Shown here one piece after another: positions 38,944 through 51,179 of a stretch of DNA of 64,000 nucleotides. This DNA is from an uncultured delta proteobacterium (GTDB lineage: Bacteria; Desulfobacterota; RBG-13-43-22): contig CAWBOS010000012.1 of NCBI GenBank assembly GCA_963790475.1, forward strand, positions 1,280,001 to 1,344,000. Direction: 5' to 3'. A program made the translations under genes and the position numbers. Within the stretch, counting starts at the first letter, position 1. Each line of letters begins with the position of its first letter. The notes beneath the pieces are model-generated. The model made no database searches and was not told where the DNA came from. It was given only the letters and a program-made list of their open reading frames with translations.

Positions 38944-39765
38944 TTAGTCCCCCTGCCTCACACCTGTTTTTATGACTTCATCGACAATCCGGTTAAAGGC
39001 CCGGACTAAGGGCGAATCTTCGTGACCCTTGAAATAGGGCCGACCGGCATCGGCTTCTGAAACCAGACTTGGCTCCAAGGGAATCCGGCCCAGGAAAGGG
39101 ACCCCCCATTCCCGGGCCAGGGCTTCTCCACCACCTTGTTTAAAAAGATCGATTTCCTTCGCGCAATGAGGACAGATCAAACCACTCATGTTCTCAATCA
39201 CCCCGAGAATGACTATGGAGACCTTGTTTAAAAACTGCAAGGACCGTCGAACATCCTCTATAGCCACCTGTTGAGGGGTGGTGACCACGATGGCCCGGAC
39301 ATCGGGAATCAATTGGGCTATGGATAGGGATTCGTCTCCGGTCCCTGGAGGGGCATCGATGACCAAAAAATCCAAAGGTCCCCAGAGGACCTCTCCCAGA
39401 AGCTGACGGATTGCCGCTCCTTTGCGAGGACCCCGCCAAATAACCGCTGTTTCCCGATCATCCAGAATAGAGGCCATAGAAATGACAACCAGCTTTTGAT
39501 TGTAGGCCAGTGGTTTTAAGAACCCCTTCTCCACGGTAACTTTTTGACCGGAAAGCCCCATCATTTTGGGGATGCTGGGTCCATGAAGGTCGATATCCAA
39601 AAGGCCGGTTTTAAATCCCCGGTGGGAAAGGGCTACCGCCAGATGCACCGCTACGGTGCTCTTTCCTACGCCTCCTTTTCCACTCAATACCAAGAACTTG
39701 TTCTTGATAAGGGCCATCGTGTCTCGAATTTTGGCCTTTTTTGCGATTTGATCCGGAAATTCCAA
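38944..39765 (-). CDS. Mrp/NBP35 (ApbC) Fe-S carrier ATPase
   Basis: SGKGGVGKS, DAPPGTGD, ENMS..CPHC. Confidence 0.93.
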   Translation of the reverse strand: MEFPDQIAKKAKIRDTMALIKNKFLVLSGKGGVGKSTVAVHLAVALSHRGFKTGLLDIDLHGPSIPKMMGLSGQKVTVEKGFLKPLAYNQKLVVISMASILDDRETAVIWRGPRKGAAIRQLLGEVLWGPLDFLVIDAPPGTGDESLSIAQLIPDVRAIVVTTPQQVAIEDVRRSLQFLNKVSIVILGVIENMSGLICPHCAKEIDLFKQGGGEALAREWGVPFLGRIPLEPSLVSEADAGRPYFKGHEDSPLVRAFNRIVDEVIKTGVRQGD

Positions 39766-39805
39766 GGTTTCTCCTATTGTTTTCTGAAGCGGCGCTTCGC
39801 TCTAG

Positions 39806-41788
39806 CCCATCTTCCGCAGTTTGGAGAAAAAATCAAGAAAAACGTGATGAATTTTCAGGAATTGTTAAATGATTTCAAGTCCTGATCTTTGAAAATTGGA
39901 TGTAGTGAAGACCACCCCCTTGCCAGGTGCTGTGGGAACGGAGATAATGGGGTTATGTATCTCCGGCGTGCGACCAAAAAGAAAGGTGGAGCGGAGTACG
40001 AGAGCTGGCTTTTAGTTGAGTCGGTCCGTACTGCCCGAGGGCCCCGTCAGCGAGTAGTGGCGACGATAGGGAAACTTCCTGGCCTTGATCGGGAAGAGCG
40101 GATAGGTTGGGAGGAGATCGGACGGATTCTTTCCGGAAAGCCTCTACCTGGACCTGAACTGTTTGAGCAGGGGGAAGACCCCCCATCTTGGGCCACGGTC
40201 AATATCCATGGCGTAAGCGTCGAGCGACTCAGAGGCTTCGGCGATGTCTATTTGGGGTTGCTTTTGTGGAACAAACTGGGGCTTGCCAGGTTCTGCCGAG
40301 ATCATATTCCTTCCAACCGGGAAGAGATTCCTTGGTCGATCATGGCGTCTATTTTAGTTCTTGGACGCTTTTGCGCCCCATCGTCGGAATTACAGATGGC
40401 CGAGTTTTGGTATGGCCAGACGGCCTTAGACGATCTGCTGGGAGTGGCCGACTATAAGATCAATGAGGATCGGCTTTATCGTGCCCTGGATGCCTTGCTT
40501 CCCCACAAGGATGCCTTAAGCCGTCACCTTCAGGAGCGTTATGGGGAACTGTTCGGCAGTAGCTTTGATTTTTTGTTTTATGACATAACCTCCACCTATT
40601 TTGAGGGGACCGCCAAGGGCAATGCCCAGGCCAAGAGGGGTTACAGCCGGGACAGTCGTCCAGATTGTCCCCAGGTCTGCATCGGCCTGGTGGCCACCCG
40701 AGAGGGCTTTCCCATAGCCTTTGAGGTTTTTGACGGCAATCGACCGGATGTTACGACGACCCAAGAGATGGTTCAGATGATGGAGGCCAAATACGGCCAA
40801 GCCAACCGGATCTGGGTTATGGATCGCGGCATGGTGAGTGAGGAGAATCTGGAGTTTATGCGCAAAGTCGGTGCCCGCTATTTGGTCGGCACCCCAAAAG
40901 TGATGCTGAAGAAGTTTGAGCAGCAGCTTTTCGAACAGAACTGGGAAGCGGTCCAACCTGATGTTGAGGTCAAGCTCTGTTGCTCGCCGGAAGGAACGGA
41001 TGAAATCTTTGTCCTGTGCCGGTCTCAAGGCCGGAAGGAGAAAGAAAACGCCATTCTAAACCACTTTTTGACCCGACTGGAAAGCCAACTGGATCACCTG
41101 GCCCGCCAGGCCGAAACCGGCAAGCTCCGAGACAAGCAGAAAGTCGAGCGGAGAATAGGGCGACTGCTGGAACAAAATAAACGTGCGGCCTCGTTGTTCA
41201 ATATTACAGTCATAGAGACCGGTACCGGAAAAGACGCACCGCTTTCCCTAGAAGTCAAGAAGAACGAACAACGGCAACAGTGGGCCTTGGAGACCGGCGG
41301 TAGCTACATCCTGCGCACCAACTGGACCGAAAGTGACCCGAAAGTCCTATGGAATACCTACATCCAACTGACGGAAGTGGAAGATTCATTCCGTACCGAG
41401 AAACATGATCTGGGAATGCGACCGATCTTCCATCAAAAACAGGAACGGACCCAGGCTCATATCCTGGTCTGCTTCTTGGCGCTGACTATGTGGCGAACGC
41501 TCCAGCAATGGATGAAAGCCTCGGGACTCGGTACCGCCCCAAGAAAGCTGTTGGAGGAGTTGCGGGAATTGAAATCTTTGGATGTGCTACTACCGGCGCG
41601 GGAGAGAACCCTCCGGCTCAGAATGGTGGCTACTCCCTCAAAGGAACTCAAAGTGCTGCTTCAGAGATTGAAAATTCTGCTCCCCAACAAACCAAAAATT
41701 ATTGAAAATGTAGTGAAGAAAATGCCCTAATTCTTGTCGTAACTATTTGATATCGCGTCTTCCATGCTTTCTAACTGCGGAAGATGGG
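39806..41788 (+). mobile_element. IS1634-family insertion sequence, copy 2 (1983 bp)
   Basis: Same 16-bp TIRs and CTAG flanks; inverted relative to copy 1. Confidence 0.92.
39955..41730 (+). CDS. IS1634-family DDE transposase
   Basis: Protein identical to copy 1. Confidence 0.92.
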   Translation: MYLRRATKKKGGAEYESWLLVESVRTARGPRQRVVATIGKLPGLDREERIGWEEIGRILSGKPLPGPELFEQGEDPPSWATVNIHGVSVERLRGFGDVYLGLLLWNKLGLARFCRDHIPSNREEIPWSIMASILVLGRFCAPSSELQMAEFWYGQTALDDLLGVADYKINEDRLYRALDALLPHKDALSRHLQERYGELFGSSFDFLFYDITSTYFEGTAKGNAQAKRGYSRDSRPDCPQVCIGLVATREGFPIAFEVFDGNRPDVTTTQEMVQMMEAKYGQANRIWVMDRGMVSEENLEFMRKVGARYLVGTPKVMLKKFEQQLFEQNWEAVQPDVEVKLCCSPEGTDEIFVLCRSQGRKEKENAILNHFLTRLESQLDHLARQAETGKLRDKQKVERRIGRLLEQNKRAASLFNITVIETGTGKDAPLSLEVKKNEQRQQWALETGGSYILRTNWTESDPKVLWNTYIQLTEVEDSFRTEKHDLGMRPIFHQKQERTQAHILVCFLALTMWRTLQQWMKASGLGTAPRKLLEELRELKSLDVLLPARERTLRLRMVATPSKELKVLLQRLKILLPNKPKIIENVVKKMP

Positions 41789-41873
41789 CTAGGACCGTTG
41801 CACTTAAAGAGCACCCGCCTTCGGCGGATTAGAGGCAAACAATAGTTGCCTTAAGCCTTAAGCGTAGCGCTCC

Positions 41874-42713
41874 TCAAGCCCGGTCCTTGTTCCGGGCGAT
41901 CCTTAATCTAGATTTCAGCCCTTCATCCATACTCCCCGAACGAAATCCTTTTAGATCAAGGGTAATATAGGTGAACCCCAAGACTGAAAGACGGGTTATC
42001 AGATCGTATTTTTTCTCGAGGTCAATAATCAAAGGCAGTTGATCCTCAGGAATCTCAATTCTAACTAAGGAACCATGAACCCTGAGGCGGCATTCACTAA
42101 ACCCCATTTGATGCAGAACCTCTTCCCCTTTGGCCAGACGTTTGAGCAAAGGGAGGGTAATTGCCTGGCCGTAGGCGACTCGGGTGGCCATACAGGGGGA
42201 TGAGGGCTGATTCCAGGTGGGTAAACCAAAAACCCGACTGACTTCGCGAATTTCTTTTTTTGTCCAATCCAATAAAGCAAACGGGCTGATAATATTGCCT
42301 TCTATTGAAGCACGGATCCCCGGACGATAACTCTTGAGGTCATCGGCATTGGTTCCATCGAGAAAGAATTTAATCCCCTTTTGGTTTAAAAAAGGGCGGG
42401 CCTGTATAATTCGGGATTTTTTGCAATAATAGCACCGGGTCGGCGAATTTTTTCTAAATCTCAAATCCAGATATTCCCTGGTTTTCAGCCAATGCAGTCG
42501 GACCTTCAGGAACCCGGTCAACTCTTGAATCCTGTCCCGTTCCTTGGCTGTTAACAAAGGGGAGGTAAACGAAACGGCTAAAGGGGGTTCGGGCCAAGCC
42601 TCCCGGGCCAGATATAAAAGGAGGGTACTGTCCACACCACCGGAGAAGGCAATAGCACCAGGTTGATATTGTTTAAGGGTCTTGATCAGGCTTTTAGTTT
42701 TGGAAGTAGACAT
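41874..42713 (-). CDS. larE: LarE-like ATP-dependent sulfur transferase (PP-loop)
   Basis: AFSGGVDS, RCYYCK, DGTNADD, RPG, PC.ATR, GFRSGSM. Confidence 0.85.
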   Translation of the reverse strand: MSTSKTKSLIKTLKQYQPGAIAFSGGVDSTLLLYLAREAWPEPPLAVSFTSPLLTAKERDRIQELTGFLKVRLHWLKTREYLDLRFRKNSPTRCYYCKKSRIIQARPFLNQKGIKFFLDGTNADDLKSYRPGIRASIEGNIISPFALLDWTKKEIREVSRVFGLPTWNQPSSPCMATRVAYGQAITLPLLKRLAKGEEVLHQMGFSECRLRVHGSLVRIEIPEDQLPLIIDLEKKYDLITRLSVLGFTYITLDLKGFRSGSMDEGLKSRLRIARNKDRA

Positions 42714-42854
42714 GGTTCCTTCAAAGATCCGAGGAGGACAAGGGTAAAACAGCTTTTAGGTTATGGGCTATAGGATATGAACTACCGGTTTATCGGTTAT
42801 CGGTCATTGCGGTTTCGAGTCTTTGGCCTCTTGCCGAATGCCCGCTTTTTTGTT

Positions 42855-43454
42855 TTATTCCTCCGAAGAGATGACCTTATGTCCTTTCTTCCCCAGGGCC
42901 TGGATTATCGGCTCCACGGGACAACGCTTTAAGCGGAACAGATAGGTTTTTTTGGACCCTTTGCCCATCATTCCCACGCTGATGATTTGCCCTCCTTTCT
43001 GTTGGATGATGCCCGAAGCCTCCTCGAAGGCTTTGGGTCGGGCGGCCAGCTGGATATCCAGTCGGGAACTGGCCTCCAAGACCCCCATCAACTGGATAAA
43101 AGCGGTCAGAATATCAGGTGTGGTCAATATCCCTACTAATTTTCCTTTGTCGACCACCGGAAGCCCACTAATTTTGTATCGGTAAATTAACCGGGCGGCC
43201 TCTTCCAGAGATTCTTCCGGACCGATGGTCACCGGGTTATTGATCATGACCTGGTCAAGACGCATTTCTTCCAGAAGAGAGGGCATCATGACTTGCCGAA
43301 GATCACTCTCGGTAATCAACCCCATCAGGATTTTATCCTCGACCACGGGAAGATGCCTGATGGAATATTTTTTCATCAAGGCCAAGGCTTCCACGATATG
43401 GCCATTTTTAGAAATGGTCACCACTTTCTTGATCATCCAATTTTTGACTTGCAT
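42855..43454 (-). CDS. CBS-pair plus ACT protein (AcuB-like)
   Basis: IRHLPVV and ISGLPVV CBS repeats. Confidence 0.8.
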   Translation of the reverse strand: MQVKNWMIKKVVTISKNGHIVEALALMKKYSIRHLPVVEDKILMGLITESDLRQVMMPSLLEEMRLDQVMINNPVTIGPEESLEEAARLIYRYKISGLPVVDKGKLVGILTTPDILTAFIQLMGVLEASSRLDIQLAARPKAFEEASGIIQQKGGQIISVGMMGKGSKKTYLFRLKRCPVEPIIQALGKKGHKVISSEE

Positions 43455-43613
43455 CGGCCCTCCTTTGTTGTAAAAGGGTTCCAGAATTCCAGAATTCAAC
43501 GGTTAATCAGACAAGAGGCATGAGCCCACAGTAAAAAAAGATTAAAAATCCTATCGCCTATGGCAGGATAATATATTTTTATTTATTTTTCAAGAGAAAG
43601 GGTATCCCTTAGG

Positions 43614-43642
43614 TTGACATTTTTTTTGTTTTAGGTTAAGTT
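43614..43642 (+). promoter_or_regulatory. Putative sigma70 promoter of pyrG operon
   Basis: TTGACA-17 bp-TAAGTT. Confidence 0.55.
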
Positions 43643-43649
43643 CCGGTAA

Positions 43650-45317
<1,668 letters not shown>

Positions 45318-45332
45318 GCGGGAAGAATCCTA

Positions 45333-46164
45333 TTGAAAGAGATACAAATAGGCAATTGGAAGGTCGGAGAGACCACCCCGCTTCTGGTCATTGCCGGACC
45401 CTGTGTCATCGAAGACGAAACGACTACCGTAGCCATTGCCAGGGAACTTCGTGAAATCCGGGACCGCCTGAACATCCCTCTTGTTTTTAAGGCTTCTTAC
45501 GACAAAGCCAATCGAACCTCAATCCACAGTTTTCGAGGGCCTGGCCTGGAAGCCGGGTTGGATCTTATTAGCCTTTATACGGAACCGCTTTGAACTTCCC
45601 GTTCTCTCCGACGTCCATCAAATCAACGAAATTGAAAAGGCCGTTCAGGTCCTGGATGTGATCCAGATACCGGCCTTTTTGTGTCGTCAGACCGATCTAT
45701 TGACTGCCGCGGCTGAAACGGGCCTGCCGGTTAATGTTAAAAAAGGCCAGTTTCTTTCTCCCTGGGACATGCGGTTTGTGGTGGAAAAAATAACTGAAAC
45801 CGGGAATGAACAGGTTTTGATAACCGAAAGGGGGACCTCCTTCGGATATAATAATCTGGTGGTGGACATGAGGTCCTTGCCTATCCTGGCCGGTTTTGGT
45901 TATCCGGTTATCTTCGATGCCACCCACAGTGTCCAACTCCCCGGAGGGGGGGCAGGGAGTTCCGGAGGAGAACGAAAGTTTGTCCCCTATTTGGCCAGAG
46001 CGGCAGTGGCGGCCGGTGTTCAAGGGGTCTTCCTGGAAGTCCATCCGGACCCTGAAAAAGCCCTGTGTGACGGCGCCAATTCCTGGCCTTTGGATCAATT
46101 GGAAGACCTGTTACGAAACCTGATAGAGATTCATGAATTGGTGAAAATGAGTGACAAAATATAA
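45333..46164 (+). CDS. kdsA: KDO-8-phosphate synthase; +1 frameshift near 45565
   Basis: IAGPCVIE, KASYDKANRTS in ORF1; IPAFLCRQTD, KKGQF, DATHSVQ in ORF2. Confidence 0.92.
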
Positions 46165-46293
46165 AGATACGGGGAAGTGAGGAAAGTGAGAGACTGAGAA
46201 CTCGAAAAAACGTTCGGCGTTCGGTGTTCGGCGAATAATACACTCGGGAATCTTTAGTATGAAGAACTTCATACCGATAATATAAGGAAGCCT

Positions 46294-46845
46294 TTGAATC
46301 AGAAAATTATCCATCAAAAAGCCCAAAAAATAAGGTTACTCCTTCTCGATGTGGACGGAATTCTGACGGACGGCCGAATTTTTTACGGAGAGAAAGGCCG
46401 GGAGATGAAGTGCTTTCATGTTCATGACGGTCAGGGAATTCGCTGGCTCCTTAAAGAAGGAATTAAGGTGGGTTTTCTTTCCGGACGTTCCTCCGGGGCT
46501 GTTGAAATGAGGGCCAAAGATTTGGGTATTTCCTTTCTTTTTCAAGGGATCAAGGATAAAATGGTCATTTATAGAGAACTTCTTCAAACAGCAAACCTCG
46601 AACCGGACCAGGTGTCTTTCATGGGGGATGATTTTATCGATCTTCGGCTGCTTCAAAAGGTAGGCCTTTCGGTCAGTGTGCATAATGGACATCCCCTGGT
46701 TCAAAAAGAGGTGGATTATGTCACCCAAGCGGCCGGAGGTTTTGGGGCTGTTCGGGAAGTGTCCGAATTGATCTTAAAGGCCCAAGGGAAATGGGATTCC
46801 ATCCTGAGAGACTATGGGTTAAAAAATAAAGACGGAAACCATTGA
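46294..46845 (+). CDS. kdsC: KDO-8-phosphate phosphatase
   Basis: DVDGILTDG, GDD..D, GG.GAVRE. Confidence 0.92.
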   Translation: MNQKIIHQKAQKIRLLLLDVDGILTDGRIFYGEKGREMKCFHVHDGQGIRWLLKEGIKVGFLSGRSSGAVEMRAKDLGISFLFQGIKDKMVIYRELLQTANLEPDQVSFMGDDFIDLRLLQKVGLSVSVHNGHPLVQKEVDYVTQAAGGFGAVREVSELILKAQGKWDSILRDYGLKNKDGNH

Positions 46846-47041
46846 CCATGGAGAAGGATTTGATTATAGTTATCAATAGATCTAAGATTGAAAGCCCTTT
46901 AGTGGGATCAATTGTTAATCAAGGTGGCCAATCAGGAGACCATTAGGGCCGCCCCCGCATTTCTCCCGATCCCCCAAAGATGGAATCCTTTTGAAGAAGG
47001 GTGAGGGGAGGTATTTTAGGGTGGCGGTTTCAACCACCTGA

Positions 47042-47644
47042 ATGTTTGCAAAAACAGAGGCCCATTTGATTAATACCAAAAAATTAAAAAGTATCCTGAT
47101 CATTGGCATTCTTTGCGTAGTTGCTTTCTGGATAGGATTGTACGCCTTCAGGACTCAGAAGCCGGCAACTCCGGTGCCCAAGGTTAGCAACGCCGGGAGC
47201 GGCCCCGGTCAGGTAGGACTGCAGGAAATCAATTTTGTGCAAGTTAAGGACGGGGTCAAGCTGTGGGAACTGAAGGCCGAGGCGGTTGAATATCAACAAC
47301 CGAAGAACCTGGTTTCTTTTAAAAAGGTTACCCTGACCTATTTTCCTAAAGGTGACCAGCCGATCACCCTGGTGGGGAATCTGGGTAATTTCGATACCCA
47401 AACGAAAAATATTTTCATTGAAGGGGAGGTGGTTATTTCAACCCCGGAAGGTTATGAACTTAAGGTCCCTTTCCTTCATTATCGGGATGACATCAGGGAA
47501 GTCTCTTCGGAGGGGACGTTCACCCTCAAAAGTCGGGCCATTTTATTAGATGGTCAGGGGATGACTATGAATCTTGATTCTCAGAAGGTATGGGTGAAAA
47601 GAAAAGTTAGAATGACGCTTTATCATTCTTTTCTCAAGTCTTGA
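47042..47644 (+). CDS. lptC: LPS export protein LptC
   Basis: N-terminal TM, WELKA motif, position before lptA. Confidence 0.8.
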   Translation: MFAKTEAHLINTKKLKSILIIGILCVVAFWIGLYAFRTQKPATPVPKVSNAGSGPGQVGLQEINFVQVKDGVKLWELKAEAVEYQQPKNLVSFKKVTLTYFPKGDQPITLVGNLGNFDTQTKNIFIEGEVVISTPEGYELKVPFLHYRDDIREVSSEGTFTLKSRAILLDGQGMTMNLDSQKVWVKRKVRMTLYHSFLKS

Positions 47645-47658
47645 GAGGGGGGACGGGT

Positions 47659-48241
47659 ATGTCAGAATTAAGGAGGGCACTCCTTTTTCTCATGGGTTTT
47701 ATCTTGATAGGGTCAGGGTTTTGGGGGCCTACGGGGGTGCAGGGGAAAAACACGGAATCCTCAGACGCCGACCATCCTATCATCACCACCGCAGATACCT
47801 TGGAATTAGACAACAAAAATAAAACAGCCACCTTTACGGGAAACGTTGTGGCCAGGCAGGAACAAAAAGGGAAAGACCCCATTATTATTTATTGCAGATA
47901 AAATGGTGATTTATTCCTCCGAAGAATCCGGGAAGAAACCTTCTTCCTCCAAGTCTAAAGGAAATGAGAAAAAGAACCTGGAGCAACAAAACCAGGTGGA
48001 CAAGATAGTGGCCACCGGTCAGGTCAAGGTGGTCCAAGGAAAAAATGTGGCGACCGGTGAATCGGCTGTTTTTACCAATGTCGACCAACGGATCGTCTTG
48101 TCGGGTAAGGCTGAATTTTGGCAGGGAAAGAATTTGATCAAAGGAGAAGAAATAACGGTTTGGATAAAGGAAGATAGGGCATTGGTCACCAGCAAGGGGT
48201 CGAACCGGGTGCGGGCTGTTATATATCAAGAAGAGAAATGA
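47659..48241 (+). CDS. lptA: LPS export protein LptA; +1 frameshift at about 47896
   Basis: PIITTAD, ATFTGNV, A.G.V, RV.AVI; removing one A joins IYC-DKM. Confidence 0.85.
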
Positions 48242-48265
48242 AGACCTGTTAATGATAAGAGCATA

Positions 48266-48991
48266 ATGAAACAGTTAGTCGTTCAGGACCTGGTCAAAAT
48301 CTATCATAGAAAACCGGTGGTCAACAAAGTCAATTTGCATTTGACCGAGGGGGAGATTGTCGGTCTATTGGGGCCGAATGGCGCAGGTAAGACGACGACC
48401 TTTTATATGATTGTCGGACTGACCCATCCCGATCAGGGAACCATCTTGTTGAATGAGGAGGATATCAGTGAACTCCCCATGTATCTTAGGGCCCGGAAAG
48501 GAATCAATTATCTTCCTCAGGAACCTTCGGTTTTTACCCGGCTTACGGTGGCTGAAAACATAATGGGTATTTTGGAAACCCTGGATATTTCATCGGTCGA
48601 GAGGGAAGCCCGTTTGGCCGGTCTTCTTCAGGAACTTAAGTTGGCCCATCTGGCCCATCACAAAGCTTTTTCACTATCCGGTGGGGAACGCAGGCGGGTG
48701 GAGATTACCCGGGCTTTAGTCACCTCACCCTCTTTTATCTTGCTTGATGAACCATTCGCCGGGATCGATCCTTTGGCTATCAATGATATCCAGAACATCA
48801 TTGAGACCCTGAAATGTAAGAATATTGGAATCCTCATTTCCGATCACAATGTTCGGGAAACCCTATCAGTATGTGATCGGGCCTATATCATTAACGAGGG
48901 GGTGGTCCTGGAAGAGGGGACTCCCCAGGAGTTGGCTGTAAGTGAGATGGCCAAAAGAATTTATCTCGGAGAAAAGTTTCAATTACCCTGA
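48266..48991 (+). CDS. lptB: LPS export ABC ATPase LptB
   Basis: GPNGAGKTT, LSGGERRRVEI, DEPFAGIDP, DHNVRETL. Confidence 0.96.
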   Translation: MKQLVVQDLVKIYHRKPVVNKVNLHLTEGEIVGLLGPNGAGKTTTFYMIVGLTHPDQGTILLNEEDISELPMYLRARKGINYLPQEPSVFTRLTVAENIMGILETLDISSVEREARLAGLLQELKLAHLAHHKAFSLSGGERRRVEITRALVTSPSFILLDEPFAGIDPLAINDIQNIIETLKCKNIGILISDHNVRETLSVCDRAYIINEGVVLEEGTPQELAVSEMAKRIYLGEKFQLP

Positions 48992-50496
48992 TGGCTTTAG
49001 AAATCAAACAACAACTTAAGCTGAGCCAGCAGTTGATTATGACCCCTCAACTGCAACAGGCGATTAAACTGCTGCAACTGTCCCGGTTGGAGCTCCTGGA
49101 AAACCTCCATCAGGAATTGGAGACCAATCCGATTTTGGAAGAGGCCTTGAGCGAGGAACCGGAGCCTACCCAGATTGAAAAGGCTCCGGGGGAAGCGGAA
49201 ACCGAGCCGGAAGACCGGCAAACCGAAGTGACTATCGGGGAACAGGCCTTTGAAGGTACGGATTGGGATAATTATATCAACGACTACTACACTCCTCGCA
49301 GTGAAGACATTTCAGAAGACCGTGACCAGTCTTCCTATGAGAATATGGTATCCAAAAAGACTTCGTTGACCGACCATCTGATGTGGCAGTTGTCCCTTTC
49401 CAATTTGACCCCGGAAGAAGAATACGTGGGATCCGAGATTATCGGAAATTTGGATGTGAACGGTTATCTGTCGGCTTCCCTGGAAGAGATTTCCCAAAGT
49501 ACCCACAAAGAGATTGCTTTGGTGGAAAAGGTTTTGATGCGTATCCAGGAGTTTGATCCCCTGGGAGTGGGCTCCCGGGACCTCAAGGAGTGCCTGCTGA
49601 TCCAGGCCCATTACCTGAAGAGTCAAAATCCCTGGGTGGATTCGATTATCGTGGACCACTTGAATTCTCTGGAAACCAAAAATTACCAGGCCATTGCCCG
49701 AACCTTACAGGCCCCGATCGAAGAAATTATTCAGGCTATCGAAATTATTTTACATCTGGACCCCAAACCGGGCCGGGCTTATAGCGATGAAGAGCCTCAA
49801 TATATCAGTCCCGATATTTATGTTTATAAAATAGGAGATGAGGTTCATATTGTCTTGAATGAAGACGGCCTTCCTCGTTTGAGGATCAATTCCTTTTATA
49901 AACAGGCCTTGGATCATCGGGGATCCGTTTCGGAAGCCACCCGGGATTATATTCAGGAAAAATTGCGGTCGGCCATATGGTTAATCAAGAGTATTCATCA
50001 ACGGCAACGTACTATTTACCGGGTGGCTGAAAGCATTTTTAGATTTCAACGGGAATTTTTGGATCAGGGGGTGGCCTATCTAAAACCCTTGATCTTAAGG
50101 GACGTTGCTGAAGAGGTCCAGATGCATGAATCGACTATCAGCCGGGTAACCACCAACAAGTATGTCCACACTCCCCAGGGAATTTTTGAATTGAAATTTT
50201 TCTTTAACAGTTCGGTCCCCGGGGCTAATGGAGAAACGGTTGCTTCGGAAAGCGTCAAGGAAAAGATACGTCTTTTGATAGCTCACGAGGATCCGGCCCA
50301 CCCTTTGAGTGATCAGGAACTCACCGAACACCTGTTGAAACAAAGTATATATATTGCCCGCCGTACGGTGGCCAAGTATCGGGAAGCCTTAAGGGTTCTT
50401 CCGTCCAATAAGCGAAAAAATATCCCTATCCAGGATTGGATTCGCTCCCAAAAAATGGAAGTTGAAAAAGAAAAAATGACGGAAAAAGAAGAATAA
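48991..50496 (+). CDS. rpoN: RNA polymerase sigma-54
   Basis: MTPQLQQAI, HESTISR, RpoN box ARRTVAKYRE. Confidence 0.98.
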   Translation: MALEIKQQLKLSQQLIMTPQLQQAIKLLQLSRLELLENLHQELETNPILEEALSEEPEPTQIEKAPGEAETEPEDRQTEVTIGEQAFEGTDWDNYINDYYTPRSEDISEDRDQSSYENMVSKKTSLTDHLMWQLSLSNLTPEEEYVGSEIIGNLDVNGYLSASLEEISQSTHKEIALVEKVLMRIQEFDPLGVGSRDLKECLLIQAHYLKSQNPWVDSIIVDHLNSLETKNYQAIARTLQAPIEEIIQAIEIILHLDPKPGRAYSDEEPQYISPDIYVYKIGDEVHIVLNEDGLPRLRINSFYKQALDHRGSVSEATRDYIQEKLRSAIWLIKSIHQRQRTIYRVAESIFRFQREFLDQGVAYLKPLILRDVAEEVQMHESTISRVTTNKYVHTPQGIFELKFFFNSSVPGANGETVASESVKEKIRLLIAHEDPAHPLSDQELTEHLLKQSIYIARRTVAKYREALRVLPSNKRKNIPIQDWIRSQKMEVEKEKMTEKEE

Positions 50497-50515
50497 CGGA
50501 CCAGAGGAGGTCAAT

Positions 50516-51058
50516 ATGCAAATTTCTGTATCCTTCCGGAATGTAGATCCATCAGATCATTTGAAAAGCTATGCGGAAACTCGAATGGCGCGTTTTAAGA
50601 AATATATGGAAGAACCGGTTGAAATTCACCTGGTCCTTTCCATTCAAAAATTCAGGCATACGGCCGATGTGACTATTTCGGCAAACGGGGTAAAGATCAA
50701 GGCCCAGGAAGAAACGGGCGACTTATATTCGGCCATCGATATGGTTTTGGATAAAATTGAAAAACAAATCAAAAGACATCGGGAGAAGATCAAAGAACAT
50801 AAGGCCAATGGAAAGACCAAGGGTCAGCAGGAAGTGAAGAAAAGCCAGGGAGAGGGAGAGCCCGAGGAAGATGATTCTCCCCAGATTGTGAAGACCGAAA
50901 GTATCTTGGCCAAGCCTATGGATGCGGAAGAAGCCTCTTTGCAACTGAAACTGTCGACCGATGAATTCCTGGTTTTTACCAATTCCAAAACCCGACTGAT
51001 TAATGTTATGTATCGCCGGAAGGATGGAAATTTTGGATTGATCGAGCCCACCAGTTGA
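50516..51058 (+). CDS. hpf: Ribosome hibernation promoting factor (long HPF)
   Basis: DLYSAID, KPM..EEA, YRRKDGNFGLI. Confidence 0.93.
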   Translation: MQISVSFRNVDPSDHLKSYAETRMARFKKYMEEPVEIHLVLSIQKFRHTADVTISANGVKIKAQEETGDLYSAIDMVLDKIEKQIKRHREKIKEHKANGKTKGQQEVKKSQGEGEPEEDDSPQIVKTESILAKPMDAEEASLQLKLSTDEFLVFTNSKTRLINVMYRRKDGNFGLIEPTS

Positions 51059-51179
51059 CCTTTTGCTCAAAGCTTAAGGTTTAAAAACAGACAGGTAAAG
51101 GCCGAATGGTTGCCTTGAGCTTTCAGCGCTCAACCTTGAGCGTTAATCGAGTTTGGATTTTGGCTCGAGTAGGAAACTT

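Noticed and set aside
45540-45600. Programmed frameshift in kdsA (also dnaA, lptA)
   Set aside because: No slippery heptamer or stimulatory structure; sequencing error is simpler
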